From: Camelus ferus
Taxonomy: Eukaryota
NCBI RefSeq assembly: GCF_009834535.1
Contig: NC_045696.1
Location: 86,244,001-86,308,000, forward strand
Length of the DNA: 64,000 bases
Direction of reading: 5' to 3'
Shown here: positions 13,381 through 27,334 of the stretch, piece after piece
How the letters are laid out: each line of letters starts with the position of its first letter
Position numbering within the stretch: the stretch's first letter is position 1
Notes under the pieces: generated by a model
The model's input: only the letters and a program-made list of their open reading frames with translations
What the model was told of the DNA's origin: nothing
Database searches by the model: none
Program-made: the position numbers and the translations under genes

Positions 13381-14214
13381 CTTTGCATTCACTTACTGAG
13401 AAAGATTTTTCTTATTCATTTAAAAATTTGCCCAAGCCAAACTTCTTGCACATTCCCACCAAAAATCCGGCATGGGATAGTGTAACATTGCATGTAGATT
13501 CTTAAAGACTTCATTCCAAGTGACCACATTTTTTTTTTTCACCTAATAGAGTGAAATTTTAACAGAATCTAAGATAGTTTAGCATGTGGCATACATCGAG
13601 TATTTCAGCTTTGTACACGTGTGATTTAGTACGTTGTCAAATGTTTTCACTTTGTATAAGTTTTTATTATGTTTAACTTTATTATGTGTAATTTTTTGTG
13701 ACTAGGTACTCAGAGTAGATATATAGTATACAATTATATAGTAAATAGTTGATTACTATTTTCTTTTAAACCCTGGGAATTGAATTTCTGTTATTATTTT
13801 TTCAAATGATAGACATTAGTAAATTGCTTTAGCTGAAGACTAAAATCACACATGCACCCCAGAAAAAAATAAGTCCTTTTGAATTTCTCAATACTTACTG
13901 TTTTTATTTTTCCTTGAATGTTTTATTTTCTATTTTGGTTTTGATTTTCTTATTTTAATTTACTTGTCTTGGGATAGATACCCTAATTCATACAGGATAA
14001 ATCTACAAATTGATTCCACTTTCTAATGTAATTTAGCTTGCCTTCTAAACTCTTCCGTTCTATTGTGGCAGTACAATTTATCCTTCCAGGTTCCCAGCCA
14101 AGGTAACTTGTATTCATATAGAAGCCTTATAAGCATCATTTGCTCCTGGCATTTTGAAGATTTTTTCAGATTATTTTTTATCTTTCTATTACCACCACTG
14201 CTAATACTGTCTCT

Positions 14215-14700
14215 GTAGGCAAGGCAAAACTTCACCTCTAGCCATCCTAGCTTTTCAGCTGATACTCTTTAACAAAAAGATTAAGAAGAGAAACAAACTC
14301 TTTATCAGTGTGTGTGGTTATATGATGTGGGAGAAACCTAAAAGAAAAGTCACTCAAAAGTACTGGTTTAGGACTGCAGCTTATGTGACATCTTCAACAC
14401 GAAACAGTAAATGTACAGAAAATGATATGACAAAGGAAAGCAGTTTTAGGCTTCCAAGGGCAGCAAACTGTGGGAAGGAAAACAAATGGGGGGAAACGAA
14501 ACGAAGGGAGTGAGTTTTGTTTGTGGATTCCTCTGGTGTGGTTTTTAGGCTAAGTCTGTCCAGTATAAGGAAGATTTATGTCCTGTCTTTAAGCATAGAA
14601 TGGTGGAGCTTTTTCTGGGTTTACTGCTTCTTAATTGTCTTCAGTTCAGGATAATTTTTATGTCAAAGGGGCGTATTTGGGGGTGACCCTGGCTTCCTTC
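14215..14700 (-). mobile_element. ERV1 solo LTR, MER34-like
   Basis: Reverse complement begins gaaggaagccagggtcacccccaaatacgcccctttgacataaaaattatcctgaactgaagacaattaagaagcag; 3' end ...tgcctaca. Confidence 0.75.
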
Positions 14701-15344
14701 TAGAACATATGAATTACAAAACAGCTTCTAATAACTCTCTGTAGTTCTGTCCTCTTCAGACTCAAACTGCATCTTTGCCAGAGAAGGCTGTGCTCAAATT
14801 CATACTCATTATGATCTAATACTTACCAAAATTAATATATCAAATATACACAAAACCGTCTGTCTGGTATTCCAGCTCTATTACCATTTACTACTAGCCT
14901 ACTCTGTCTGATATCTTTTCTCTAATGTTTCTAATTTTCTATTCCTCTTCTAAATCTACTATTACTTTTACCCACAGTGGTCATCCCTGCCTTGTTGACT
15001 TGGCTCATACTGCTTCTCTATTTGAGTTGTCTTTTTATTTTTTTCTGGTATCTTTATGTTTCAGGGATTAGAACACATTCTACAACAAATCATTAAAGAC
15101 AATATTAAAGGAAAATATTAAGATATCAATTCAAAATAATAGAACATATACCAAGAGAAGCACCCAAGTATTGCCAATTAAATAATCTCTAAAATATTCG
15201 GGAGGCAGAGTGCTTTTAAAAAAAGTGGTATTTGTTATAATCATGAGAGTTACAATCATTGAATTTGATCATACAAATTTGGCATTAATTTGGCCAGTTT
15301 ATCATGAGAGGAAATGAACACGTGTCATTGAGTGAAGGCTTTAA

Positions 15345-15465
15345 GAGTCTGTTCTGCTTGTGTATTGCTGTGTGATAAACCACCCCAAAATGTAGCACCT
15401 TCACACATCTTATTATAACTCCCAGTTTCTAAGTTAGGAATTCAGACAGGGATCAGGCCAGATGC
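15345..15465 (-). mobile_element. MLT1 LTR fragment
   Basis: tattgctgtgtgataaaccaccccaaaatgtag...aggaattcagacaggg. Confidence 0.6.
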
Positions 15466-17167
15466 AAAGGACAGGGATTAAACTCCATCACTTAATAAAT
15501 GGCATAGGAGTAAAAATTTCATTTTTACTCTGCCATGGTTACTGCGTGATTTATCACTTTCTTTTTATCTCATCCCTCCCTGTGATAATGGAAATATATG
15601 TACAGACGAAGCTTCCATTTGACGGAGTTTCTGAGTGTCTCCAATGAACAGATTTTCTAGAAACTACATTGGAAATGAACAAGTGAGCAACTTTTGTATT
15701 ATGTCATGGATTAGGGGAGTGGGTAGGTGGTAACTGCAGCGTGGTTAGGTTATCAGGACTTATAGAGTATTTTTGCTGGATGTGGAAAGTCAGAGAGACA
15801 ATGTTAAAGGATCAGTCTTTGAAGTCCGGCAGAACTGGCTTCAGTTGCTTCCTTGCTGATAAGTGAGCACGGGAATTAAAAAATAGAGGGTGCCTTTAGG
15901 AGGGCATTTCTAGAATAGGGGAGTGTCTAGGGCTATTAACTAAACCATTTGATAGGAATGGAAGCTTCTGTAAGTAGACAACAGTGATAAATACCTGGAA
16001 AGTATGTTGAAGTGAAATTTTGTTCAACTTGAAAACTGATAGAACTTTAGCTCCATGCAGTAAAAAGAAATCATGAGTCTGTTTATTATAAGGATGTGAC
16101 ACAATACTAGGCACATAAGGCAACCTAGAAAAATAATTTTTATGGAATAAGTTATAGAAAACACTATTGTAATCAAGTCTTTTTGTCAGAATCACTTCTC
16201 TTGGAAACTTTAAATAAACTTTTGTTCTGTTTTCAGACCAGAAAATTCATAAGATATTAAAACATGAACTGTTAGGCTAAGGTAGATATAAAGAAAGACT
16301 TTTTAAAAAGAAAATATAACATTTTGGTTTCATTCAAATGGACTTTCAGATTATGCAGGCACATACAAAGAAAACTTAAGAATTGAGGCAGTTTTGTGGT
16401 TGGAAGCTTGAATCTGGATAATTGCTTCTTTTCCACCTCACTACACCTGGGAACACACACTGAGCATACACATTCCTACATATTGGGAAAAATCAGTTTT
16501 ACTCTTTTATTCAGGGGGGAACTATAACCCAAGAGGTTAAACCTTAATAATATTATTAATATTATGAACAAACTTTGCATGCCTGTTTCACTGATTGGGT
16601 TTAGGTAGGTATTTTAAAACTTCTATTCAAATTCAGAATTATAAATTCAAAGCAATATTTGCTTAAAAAAGCAAATAGGTTTAAACCATGCAGTCTTCAT
16701 TGCTGAATTGAAATGGAAATGGAGCACTGCAATCTGCAGGGAGGTGAAGGAATGCTCATAGTTCATTAAATAATGTGAGTGGTAATGAGGTTTACACAAA
16801 TCAAACAGTGTGTTAGGTAATTGTAATGTTGCTTTGTGGTGAACCACCTGTCAGGAAGCACTTCCAGCCGAAGGCTCAATCTGCTCTCATGCCTCCAGAC
16901 GGTTTCTAATTAGTATAAGCTTCATCTGTGGCAGGCTACCAGAAAATAAAGAAAAAGTTATTTGTAGGCTTCTTTCTTTTCTCTATGATGAAGGAAAATA
17001 ATTACTTCAAGTACTTATTTTATTTTTTCAAGAAGTCCTCTGATATGTAGGCTCTAAAAAAGAAAATGTATGGATATGCTCACACATTAGAGACACAGAT
17101 ACACATTTAGGAAAAGGATGCTTCATAAAAAATCAGCAATACTGAATCCTTCCTGCACCTTGTTACA

Positions 17168-17280
17168 GAAGGAAAGAGAAGAAAGGAAGGGAAGAGAGAG
17201 AGAACAAAGCGAGGAGGAGGAAGAAGGGGGGAGGAAGGGAGAAAGGAAGGAGAGAAAAAAGGAAAAGTGGGAAAGAGAGA
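17168..17280. repeat. Purine-rich (GA) low-complexity tract
   Basis: Directly visible; source of the E/R/K-rich ORF 17118..17309. Confidence 0.9.
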
Positions 17281-17294
17281 CTAGTAAGAATAAT

Positions 17295-18125
17295 AAGACA
17301 TTTCTCTAAAGAAGACGTAAAAATGGTCAGTAGGTATGCGAAAAAATGTTGACATCACCTGTATCAGACAAATGCAAATCAAAACCACAATGAGGTATTA
17401 CCTCACACCTGATATGATGGCTGTTACCAAAAAACAAAACAAGACAAAAAAAAAAAAAAAAAAAGACAAGAACTATTGGTGAGGATATGGAGAAATAAAA
17501 CTTTGTACACTGGGAATGCAAAATGGTGCAGCCACTATGGAAAGTGGCATGGGGGTTCCTCAAAATATTAAAAATAGAGCTACCATGTGATCCAGCCATC
17601 CCACTTCTGGATATTTATTCAAAAGAGTTGAAATCAGGATCTCAGAGAGATGTTAGTACTCACATGTTCATTTCAGAACTATTCATAATAGCTGAGATGT
17701 GGAAATAACCTGTGTTCATTAACAAATGAATTGATAAAGAATATGTAGTATAAAATGAAATAGTACTCAGCTTTAAGAAAGAAGGAAATCCTGCAGTATG
17801 CAAAAGCACCGATGAACCTTGAGGATACTATGCTAAGTGAAGTACGCCAATCATAGAAGGACAAATATTGCATACTTCCACTTAAAGTGAGGTATCTAAA
17901 ATAGTCAAACTCATAGAAGCAGAGAGCAGAACAGTGGTTGCTGGGAACAAAGAGAATGAGGAAATCAGAAATTAGTGAACCAGTGGAACGTTTCAGTAAT
18001 ACAAGATAAATAAGTTCTAGAGATTTGCTCTGTATAAAATTTCGCCTATAGTTAAGAGTTGTACACATAATCTGTTAAGAGGGTAAATCTTATGTTAAGT
18101 ATTCTTACTGTATTAGAAAAACTAA
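17295..18125 (+). mobile_element. L1 3' fragment (ORF2 end + 3'UTR), L1MA-type
   Basis: ORF 17523..17708 (VQPLWK...[10 protein letters not shown]); aatgcaaatcaaaaccacaatgagg; 3'UTR aagagggtaaatcttatgttaagtattcttac. Confidence 0.9.
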
Positions 18126-19044
18126 ACATACATACATAGAAAGCTTGACTGTTGCTGTTAAAAAATTCCAATTGTGAGGCCACCCAGATACCATTCTACA
18201 TAAAATGTCATTTAGTTTATTATTATAATTGTTCTCTATTTACTCATCTCTGTAAAAGTTCTAGATTGCTAAATTGGGGTGGACGTATGTAAAATAGTTA
18301 ATGAAATATAATAGAATGATGGGGTTAGCAGATATAAGATTTTTTTCTTATGTAGAGAAATACACAATACTGAAGCTTGTTATGAAATTCTAATTTTCCA
18401 GAAACATACCCATTACTGTCTTTAGTCATAACCATCAATGAACACAGAGAACAGCAAGAAATGAAATAATTTTGAAACATTAGGCAACCTTAATCTTTCT
18501 TCTTTCTCTGCTAATATCTAAGTTTTGATAAGATACTAAACATCATGCCTACTGTGTCTAAGCTTAATCGTGCATAAAATTAGGACAGTAAATGGGTTGA
18601 TTATGAAAGTTAGGCACAGTATTTAGCATTTTTAAAAGAGATAATTTACTGTTTGATTAGGTATCAAATTGTACTTCATTATCTTTTTCCATTATTCAAA
18701 AAAATTGATACATTTGATTAAATCTTATTTAGAAGCTTATGGAAATGTATAGTATCAAGTTCAGAAAAATATAACTTTATGAATGGTTGTAATGACAAGG
18801 CTAATATTGCACGATAAATATCTTTTCCTTAATTCTTTATCAAGTATTAGGTTCTCAAATTTAACACAGAGTAAAATGATTCAAATAATTATTTTAAAAA
18901 TACACGACTATATATATTTACTTTTGCCTAACAGCTAAAACATTCAAATGCTATAGTAAATTTCTTATTGTTTAGCAGCATATTTCACAATAATTTATCA
19001 TGTCTTCCAAAAAGTAGCTGTCAGTAAATTACTAGAAAAACATT

Positions 19045-20370
19045 TTCTTAATTTAATTTTTAATTTATTGAAGTAACATTGGTTTAAAACATTATATAAG
19101 TCCAGTATGAGTTTCATATGTAGTTTATTGAGGTAACATTGGTTTAAAACATTGTATAAGTTTCATGTATTTTGCCTCCTGTATGCACTACAAGTTTCTC
19201 CCACCAACAGTTTATTTTCTGTCTGGCAGTGTACAGTTCACCCCCTTTACCATTTTATCCTCTCCTAAACCACTGTGCCCTCTGGTAACCACTATTCTAT
19301 TTTTGCTATTTATGTGTTTGTTTTTGTTTGGTTTGGTTTCTCCATTTATTTAAATTTTTTCTTAATTTTCATATTCCATATATGAGTGAAATAATATGGT
19401 ATTTTTTCCTCTGTATAACTTATTTTACTTAGCATAACACCCTCAGGGTCCATTCATGTTGCCATGTGTAGATATTTCATCTTTTTTATGCTTAAGTAGT
19501 ATGTGTGTGTATTGTATTTCCCTAATATTTAGTGATGTTGAACATCTTTTCATGTGCATATTGACCATCTGTATGTCTTTGGAAAAACATCTACTCAGTT
19601 CTTTTTCTCATTTCTCAATCAAGTTGTTTGCTTTTAATTGCTTAGTTGAATGAGGAGTTCTTTATATATTCTGGATTTGAATTTCTTATCAGATATATGA
19701 TTTACACATATTTTCTCCCATTCTGTATGTTGTCTTTTCATTTTGTTGATGGTTTCCCTTGTTGTGTAGAAGGTTTTTAGCTTGATGTAGTCCCTTTTAT
19801 TTTTGCTTTTGTTTCCCTTGCCTGAGGAGACATATTGAGAAAGATCTTGTTAAGACTGATGTCAGAGAGCATACTGCCTATGTTTTCTTACATGTGTTTT
19901 ATGGTGTCACATCTTTCATTCAATTCCTTTTTGAGTTGATTTTTGTGTATGATGTGAGATAGTGGTTTAATTTCAGACTTTTACATGTGGCTTTTCAGTT
20001 TTCCCAAAATCATTAATTGAAGAGACTGTTCTTTCTCCATTGTATGTTCTTTGTTCCTGTGCTGTAAATCAGTTGTCCATATATGTGTGTGTTTATTTCT
20101 GGGCTTTCAGTTCTATTGCATTGACTTCGGTGTTCATTGTTCCTGCAAATACCATGCTGTTTTAATTACTACAGCTTTGTAATATAATTTCAAATCTGAG
20201 AGTGTGATACCTCCAGCTTTGTAATTTTTTCTCAGGATAACTTTGGCTATTTTTGTTTTATTTCTGTGAAAAATATCATTGAAATTTTGATAGGGATTGT
20301 ATTATATCTGTTGATTCCTTTAGGTAATGTGGACATTTTAACAATATTATTTCTTCCAGTCCATTAGCAC
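19045..20370 (-). mobile_element. L1 3' segment (non-inverted part of a 5'-inverted L1)
   Basis: T-rich tail at left, L1 3'UTR, then antisense ORF2 (aagagactgttctttctccattg; ttttgatagggattg). Confidence 0.9.
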
Positions 20371-21520
20371 AAAGGACAATAAAAGAATATTATGACGATC
20401 TGTACACTAACAAATTGGTCAACTTAAAAGAAGTGGATAAATTCTTATAAACATACAGTCTTCCAAGGCTGAACCATGAAAAATAGAAAATCTGAATAGA
20501 GTAATCACTAGTAAGGAGATTAACCACCCAGACAAGAAACAAAAGTCCAGAACAAGATGGCTTCACAGGTAAATTCTACTGAACATTCAAAGACAATTTA
20601 ATACTCATTGTTCTCCAGCTCTGTCAAAAAATTGAAGAAGAGAAAATGGTTTCTAACTTATTTTATGGTGCCAACATTACTCTAATACCAAAATCACACC
20701 AAAAAAAGAGAAATTACAGGTAGTATATCTAATGAACACAGATGCAAAAACCCTCAACAAAGTATTCATAACTGAATATAACAATACATTAAAGGGATCA
20801 TACACCATGGGATGCAAAGATAGTTCAGCATCCATTTATTAATCAACATGGTACACCATGTTAGTAAAATTATAAAGATAAAAGTAATATGATCATCTCA
20901 ATACATACAGATAAAGTAATCCTCATTTATGATTAAAAACTTAATAAAATATAAGGAACATGCTTCAATGTAATGAAGACCATATATGACAAACACATAG
21001 CTAGCATCATACTCGGGAAAACCTGAAAGCTTTTCCTCTAAGATCAGGAACAAGACAAGGATGCCGTTTTCTCACCATTCGTATTCAACATAGTATTAAG
21101 TCCTAGCCAGAGCAATTTGGAAAGAGAAATAAATCAAAGGGATCCAAGTTAGAAAGGAAGAAGTAAAATGGTCACTCTCTGTGGATGGCATCATTTTACA
21201 TCTAGAATACCCTAAAGATGCCACTCAAAAACTATTAGAAATAATAAACAAATGTATTAAACTTGCAGAGTACAAAATCAATATGTAAAAATCTGTTGCA
21301 TGTCTATACACTAAAAACAAACTAGCAGAAAGAGAAATTAAGAGAATAAACCTATTTACAATTACAACAAAAAGAATAAAATTTAACAAAGGAGGTGAAA
21401 GATCTGTACCCTGAAAACTATAAGACATTGTTGAAAGAAATTGAAGAGGACACAAAGAAATGGAAAGATATTCTGTGCTCATGGATTGGGAAGATTAACA
21501 TTGTTAAAATGTCCATACTA
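20371..21520 (+). mobile_element. L1 ORF2 (RT region) inverted segment of the same insertion
   Basis: Sense ORF2 sequence (gatggcttcacaggtaaattcta; gatgcaaaaaccctcaacaaa; ctaagatcaggaacaagacaaggatgcc) abutting the minus-strand part. Confidence 0.9.
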
Positions 21521-22024
21521 GAAATTAATTAATGACAGGCCTTTGTAGACTTTAATCACAAAAATCTGGGGTTAAGTCTTATTCTGTAAACATTGATCAC
21601 ATCTTTGAGCATAATTCTAAGGACTTTCTCTTTTTTCTTTTTTTATACAATAAAAATACTTTTATATAATTTTACTGTTGATCTTTTTACTTAAAACCCA
21701 TAGGAGTGATTTATTATTATTGAGAGATTTTCTTTGATCAGATGACATCATTCATGATCTAGCTGTTTAAGGGAACCACAGTGATCCATCAAAAAATGTT
21801 CTCTATGTTCCAAGGATTATCCCAATCAAAATAAAGAACAACAAAGAAAAGTAATCTTAGGAAACTAAAGTCATGATTCTGAGAATTGGAATTAAATAAT
21901 AAATATGTAAAAGTCAGTTAGTTAGAGATTCATAATAAGTCTCTTTTACTCCACAGATCTCCCGGTCCCTCTAGTTACCACTTATTGAGTGTCAGGAAAG
22001 GTTAGTTTAATGGTTGATTTGTCT

Positions 22025-22118
22025 TTTTGAGATTGAGATTGACAATAAAGGTCTATATATTTAAAGTGTACAATAAGATGATTTTCTATGTATACATCGT
22101 GAAATTATTTGTCACCAA
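22025..22118 (-). mobile_element. Short L1MA-type 3' terminus
   Basis: ttgacaataaaggtctatatatttaaagtgtacaataagatgattttctatgtatacatcgtgaaatta. Confidence 0.55.
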
Positions 22119-23984
22119 TGCGATTTTTTATGTAGGTCACATTTCAGTTGGCAGAGAAGTGTCACATGGAGAGGTTTATGGCAGAATGTTTGGGAGAAGG
22201 CCCAGAGATTTTTACAAAGCAAACTCCGTAAAACAATTACTTCAATTTATTCTCCCTTGACACTCTTAAACCAGTGAGAGTCATTATTAATCACTTACTG
22301 CTTAAACCTTAGAAAAGACATGCCGCTTCTTCCCCCTTACTCATTTGTGTAAGGAAATAAGTCTCCAACCCCTCCCCCCCCATATTGCTGGAAGCACATG
22401 CAAAATAATTTAAGACTGCTTTTTAAATACTAAGATGAAATATAAAAACTAGATTTTACCCATAGATTATATTTATCACATAATACCACTCAGCTAGAGA
22501 GGGTTATGTGGAGTATGTTATTTTACTAAAACATTTTTCTCTCTTCCTTTTTAAAAATACAAGTTTTAAACGTGAATTCATACAACAAGTGAACTGGGAA
22601 TACATTTGAAATGCATAATAGAATAGTTTATGTCTTATTTTTTTAACCAGTGGAGAATTCAAAAGGATGGGACACTTCTCTAGGGGTTGGAAAAAGACAG
22701 ACAACAGAATAATTGAATATGAATGAATATCTAAAGTAAAAAATGTAAAGTGAGGTGGGTTGCATTTGTGATCCATTTCATAAATGTAAAGCTGACAGGT
22801 TGAATCCAAGGAATAGTTCTGCACAATATCTTCTATTTAAGTTAAAATACTAGTGGAGGAGAGACCAAAGTTAAATCTAAGTATATAATTTAATACAAGT
22901 TTATGAGCCCATTCAGAGATATTTTAAATACAGTTAGTGATTTAGAAAAGTCTTATTCTACTGAGACCATTTTTTTATACAAAAGAATCAAATTGCTCTT
23001 GATTTAGAAGAGAAAACATAGAAGTAGCCATCAACTTTTACTGCTATATCCCAAACAGGTTTTTCTGCCGTACTCCTAAAGCTTCTTAAAATCAGATCAT
23101 ATTACTGACATAAGTCATCAGTAAGATATTTTCTCATTGTGGCATTCAGTGAATAACTATGTAGATCATAAAATGTACAGTGAAAATACTTTTCATGGTA
23201 GAGATAAAAATAAGTGTACTCTTTTTTCAGAAACACTAAAATAACAATATAATGTTTTAATTTAAATTATAATTAGTATAAAAAGAGCACTTTTTCTTTC
23301 CCCTATGTATACAAACTACTTTTCTGACCAATTCCAGATTGAACAAATTTTGTATTTCCGATATTCTTTGAGTATAATGCGTTCTCATAGGCATGTCTCT
23401 AGTTCAAAACCTTTTTAACTCTCACCTGAACCAATAACCCTGTACTAAGACTTTCTATGTTTTGTATTTCTTTATTCCAATCAAACTTCAACAGTGTTAG
23501 CAGATTGATTTTTTGGAAACAGCTCTGATTATGTAAAACCTTTAATTAAGAATAAATGCCTCTTTCTGGCATTCGAAGTCTTCTATAGCAAGCCCTAAGT
23601 TTTGAACTTCATCTTTTATAGACTGTGTTCCACTTAATATAGACCACACACTATTTTCTAAATATTCTAAAGCATTGATTGCTCATTATGTACAGTAAAA
23701 ATAAACTCCATTTCCCTATTTCTAATTTTTAAATGCTTTGATTATTCTAGATACTCTTTGATAAAATATTTCCCAATTTCTCCTCTCTTTAAATGTTACA
23801 TATTTAATTGGTTATTCTACTAGGTTGTAATATCTCCTAATTTATCTACCTAATTTTATGGTTATTTTACATACACAGGGTCAATACGAATACAAGTTTA
23901 ATTTTTTCAGTAATAGAAATGAATATTTCTTTGATTTCTGTCTGAAATTTTATTTCTTACCAACCTGCTTTGAAGTTCTAAATA

Positions 23985-24610
23985 TCTATGCCTAGGTAAT
24001 CAGAGCTACTCTCAAGGCCAGACCAGATTCATGAGTATGGACAAATAAACACCCTATGTAAATGGGAGAAGTGACAAAGAAAATGTGGCCATTTTCACTC
24101 AAACGTATTTCAACCACTAGTCACAAGTTATTTACACTCTTCTCATATGCAGAATATATTCAACCTCCCCAAGGTCCTCAAAACTCTCAGGACATTATGA
24201 CATCAGGCTCAGGCTTAAACTCCTGCGTCTCATCATCTAAATCATAGCCAGGTACAGATGAGTTTCCTCAGTTATGGCTCCTCTGGATTCAAAGACCTGT
24301 TAATTAAAGAGACAAACTATCTGGTCCATTTTCTCCCAAACATAACATACAGTTTTTAGGTAAGGACTTGAAATAATGTCCATTTAAAGGGGTAACAATG
24401 GGTGTACATACTGGTCACTGGTCCATTGAAGTTCCTGAATACAGCCTGGCACAAGTCTCCAGTTTTTGGATTAAAGCTTTACTTGCGCCCTGGGAGTGAG
24501 TCTATATGGCTTTTGTGTTCATTCTTCTGGTATTGTGGCTCCAGACTCTGAGTTATCATTTATTTTTCATTAGAAATGGTCTGTGTTTACATCTGAAGAA
24601 TCTTGCAGAC
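23985..24610 (-). mobile_element. MLT1 (G/H-like) LTR portion plus MaLR internal sequence
   Basis: aaggccagaccagattc...atgggagaagtgacaaagaaaatgtggccatttt followed by MLT1-int-like atctaaatcatagccaggtacagatgag...aagacctgttaattaaagagacaa. Confidence 0.7.
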
Positions 24611-25099
24611 TTAAACTAGTTTGACTTCATTTCCCATTTTACAGTATGATTATTTCTCATTTATATCATCACCTTTTATTTTAGTGATTGCATGATTTGA
24701 ATAACTTACTGGGCTTTTTATCTTTATTTACCAACTTTAGAAGTGTTACTGTTTATCATCTACCATGAAATATTAAAAAATTAGGGCAAATGACATTCAC
24801 ACTATAAAGATATAGTGAAAGATATATTACATAAGTCCTCTAAGCTTTGTCTGTAGAATACTTATAAATAACTGGGTTTTACCATTTGTACTAATGTACA
24901 TATTAAATACTCTGGTACATAACAGTGTTGTTGGAATCATATTTTAAAAACCAACCTTTAAACAATTAAAGTTTACTATTAAATTGTGAATCTTCCAAGA
25001 ATTCAGTCTAATAAACCCTCTTTTCATTTCTTTCTAGCTTCATTTTCCTTATATGAATTGTACTCCATGCCTTCCAGTTTCTTTAAGTCAACTTTCACT

Positions 25100-25430
25100 T
25101 TTTAGCTTGTATTAGCTCTTCCCAGCCCCATCTCAGGAGCCAGAACTATGTGAGTAAACTTCTTAAGATATTGCATGCATCAAGATCTTTCTATTTGCAT
25201 TCATATTTGAAATTTGGTTGAGGTAGAATTCTGAGATGAATACGATTTATTTTTCCTATAGAATTTGCAATACAATGTTTCTAGCATTCAAGGATAAATG
25301 ACTGAAGTCTCATTTTGTTTCCTTTTATGTAACATACTTCCTTATAAAACCTTTTTTCCCCCCTGTGGTATATAAATATTATAAATATGTGACAAGAATT
25401 TTCAAACCTAATGTTGCTTTTCTGTTCTTG
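25100..25430 (-). mobile_element. Ancient L1/HAL1 ORF1 remnant
   Basis: ttggttgaggtagaattctgagatg...tttctagcattcaagg...gaagtctcattttgtttccttttatgtaac resembles antisense ORF1 C-terminal region. Confidence 0.5.
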
Positions 25431-26264
25431 AAATCTATAAAACCACTACGAGAAATGAAAACCTTCTGATTCTCTCTCCGTAAAGCCATCTGTTCCTGTC
25501 ATGACTAAGTCCTATAAACAGGAGAATAAGTGATGTCTCATCAGCCTAGAAACACATTATGGTTTACATAAGGCTGCATCTGGACAGACTTCTTGAATGC
25601 AAAAATATTCCAAGGGTCCTATGGAAAGCGTTAGTCTGTTTTGACAGGTAGCATTTCCTACACAATTAGTGGCTTAATGAGGATGAGGTTAGCAGGTTGG
25701 GAATGTTCACAGAAGACCTAGTAGGGAGAGCCTAATTCTAAGGGTAGTGTGTTTCAGTCCTGCAGACAGCTCTGCCTGTCACTGAGACCCCCTTGTCCTT
25801 ACTAGAAGGACCTTGGTAAATCACATACTTTGGCTCAAATGTAGTTCTTAGGCTTTACTTGGGGGGGCAGGGTGGCGAGGGGGCAAGAAAGTCATAGCAG
25901 CAAATCAAAAACGTATTGAAGTGGAGTAATTTCAGTTCCCTAGCTGACAAATGTCTTATTTTTTAATTAAATTTATTTATTTATATTCCTTTCTGTATCT
26001 CATATTTGCTATTATAATTTATTATAAAAAGGATTTGGAATCTCTTCTGTTTTCTCATGAAAGGAAATAAAATTATTTCTTGTGTTTTATCTACAGTTGA
26101 CGTTTTATCCCTCAATCACATCAACCTTCTATAAACACTTAAAATTATTACTTAACTTTTGGACTCTCCCACTTCCTTAAATATTTCATCTCTTTAAAAA
26201 AAGTTGGTAACTTTTATGAGAACTCAGAATTGAGAACAAGCAGACATATAAATTCTTTTTACCA

Positions 26265-26480
26265 GAAGACAAGTTGTGGAATTAGACTTTCTAGGTTCAA
26301 AACCCAGCTCAGCTACTCATTGGCAGTGTAACACCAGGCAAGTTTCTTAACCTCTCTGTGCCTCAGCTTCTTCATACATTGACTGTAGATAATGATAGTA
26401 TCTATTTCATAGGGAATTTATGAGAATGGAATGAGTTCATACTGGTACATCACTTAGATAATCATTGTCATATGATGAGG
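26265..26480 (+). mobile_element. MIR SINE
   Basis: Core ggcaagtttcttaacctctctgtgcctcagcttcttcat...ataatgatagtatctatttcataggg. Confidence 0.85.
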
Positions 26481-26692
26481 GAAATAAAAGTTTTGACAAG
26501 TCAAAAGTAAAAATCTTCATTTAAAAGATGACACATCACAAATGTAATTTTTTTATATTAACAAATTTTAAACTTTGTTGTAAGTTAGCCTGTAATTTGT
26601 ATAACTCTGTATAGAAAGACACAGTATACTTGGATTTTCTTTAGTAACAGATCAGACTTATTACAAAGATCAGGAGAACCATGTGAATGTAA

Positions 26693-26756
26693 TGTATGTA
26701 TGTGTGTGTGTGTGTGTGTATTTATATGTATATATGTATACACATATACATATACA
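26693..26756. repeat. Compound TG/TA microsatellite
   Basis: Directly visible. Confidence 0.9.
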
Positions 26757-26769
26757 TCTTGCTTTAAAA

Positions 26770-26925
26770 AGAATATGTTCAATATCTTGTAGCCACTTAT
26801 GGTGAAAAAGAATATGAAAACTAATAAATGTATGTTTATGTATGACTGAAGCATTATGCTGTACACCAGAAATTGACACACTATAAACTGACTATACTTC
26901 AGTAAAAATATATATACAAAATAAA
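26770..26925 (+). mobile_element. Very short young L1 3' terminus (similar family to the 34274-37335 element)
   Basis: atatcttgtagccacttatggtgaaaaagaatatgaa...tatgctgtacaccagaaattgacacactataaactgactatacttcagtaaaaa is the reverse-complement counterpart of 34285-34420. Confidence 0.85.
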
Positions 26926-27334
26926 TAAATATTTTTTCAATGACTGAAAAAAAAGGAAATACATTACATTCATTTTGAAGGCTGCTTGAAGCATGACAGT
27001 TAGTTAAATGTGTCAAGAGCTTCTGTAAATGTAGAACAACTGCAGAAGTTTTTATTCCAAAATGTCACACCCTGTGAAAACATTGATAGATCGAGTGTAT
27101 TTTAGTTAGAGTGAAGCTCTTAAGTGTCATGCAAACTTTCAGTTATTCTATCATGTTTTTCTCTCATGTGAAGTTAGTATTTTAACTCTGTAAGAGTGGG
27201 AAAGAAATGGTTCTTATATGAAGGAGATTCCCTCAAGTGATTTCGTTTGAGATTATTAATGAAAATAGTTTGGGAGGAAAGGAGGAATTTTTGAGCCTTT
27301 GAAAAAGTCAAAGAGAAGACTCAATAAGGAGACT

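Noticed and set aside
17118..17309. E/R/K-rich 63-aa ORF
   Set aside because: Translation of a GA-rich low-complexity tract.
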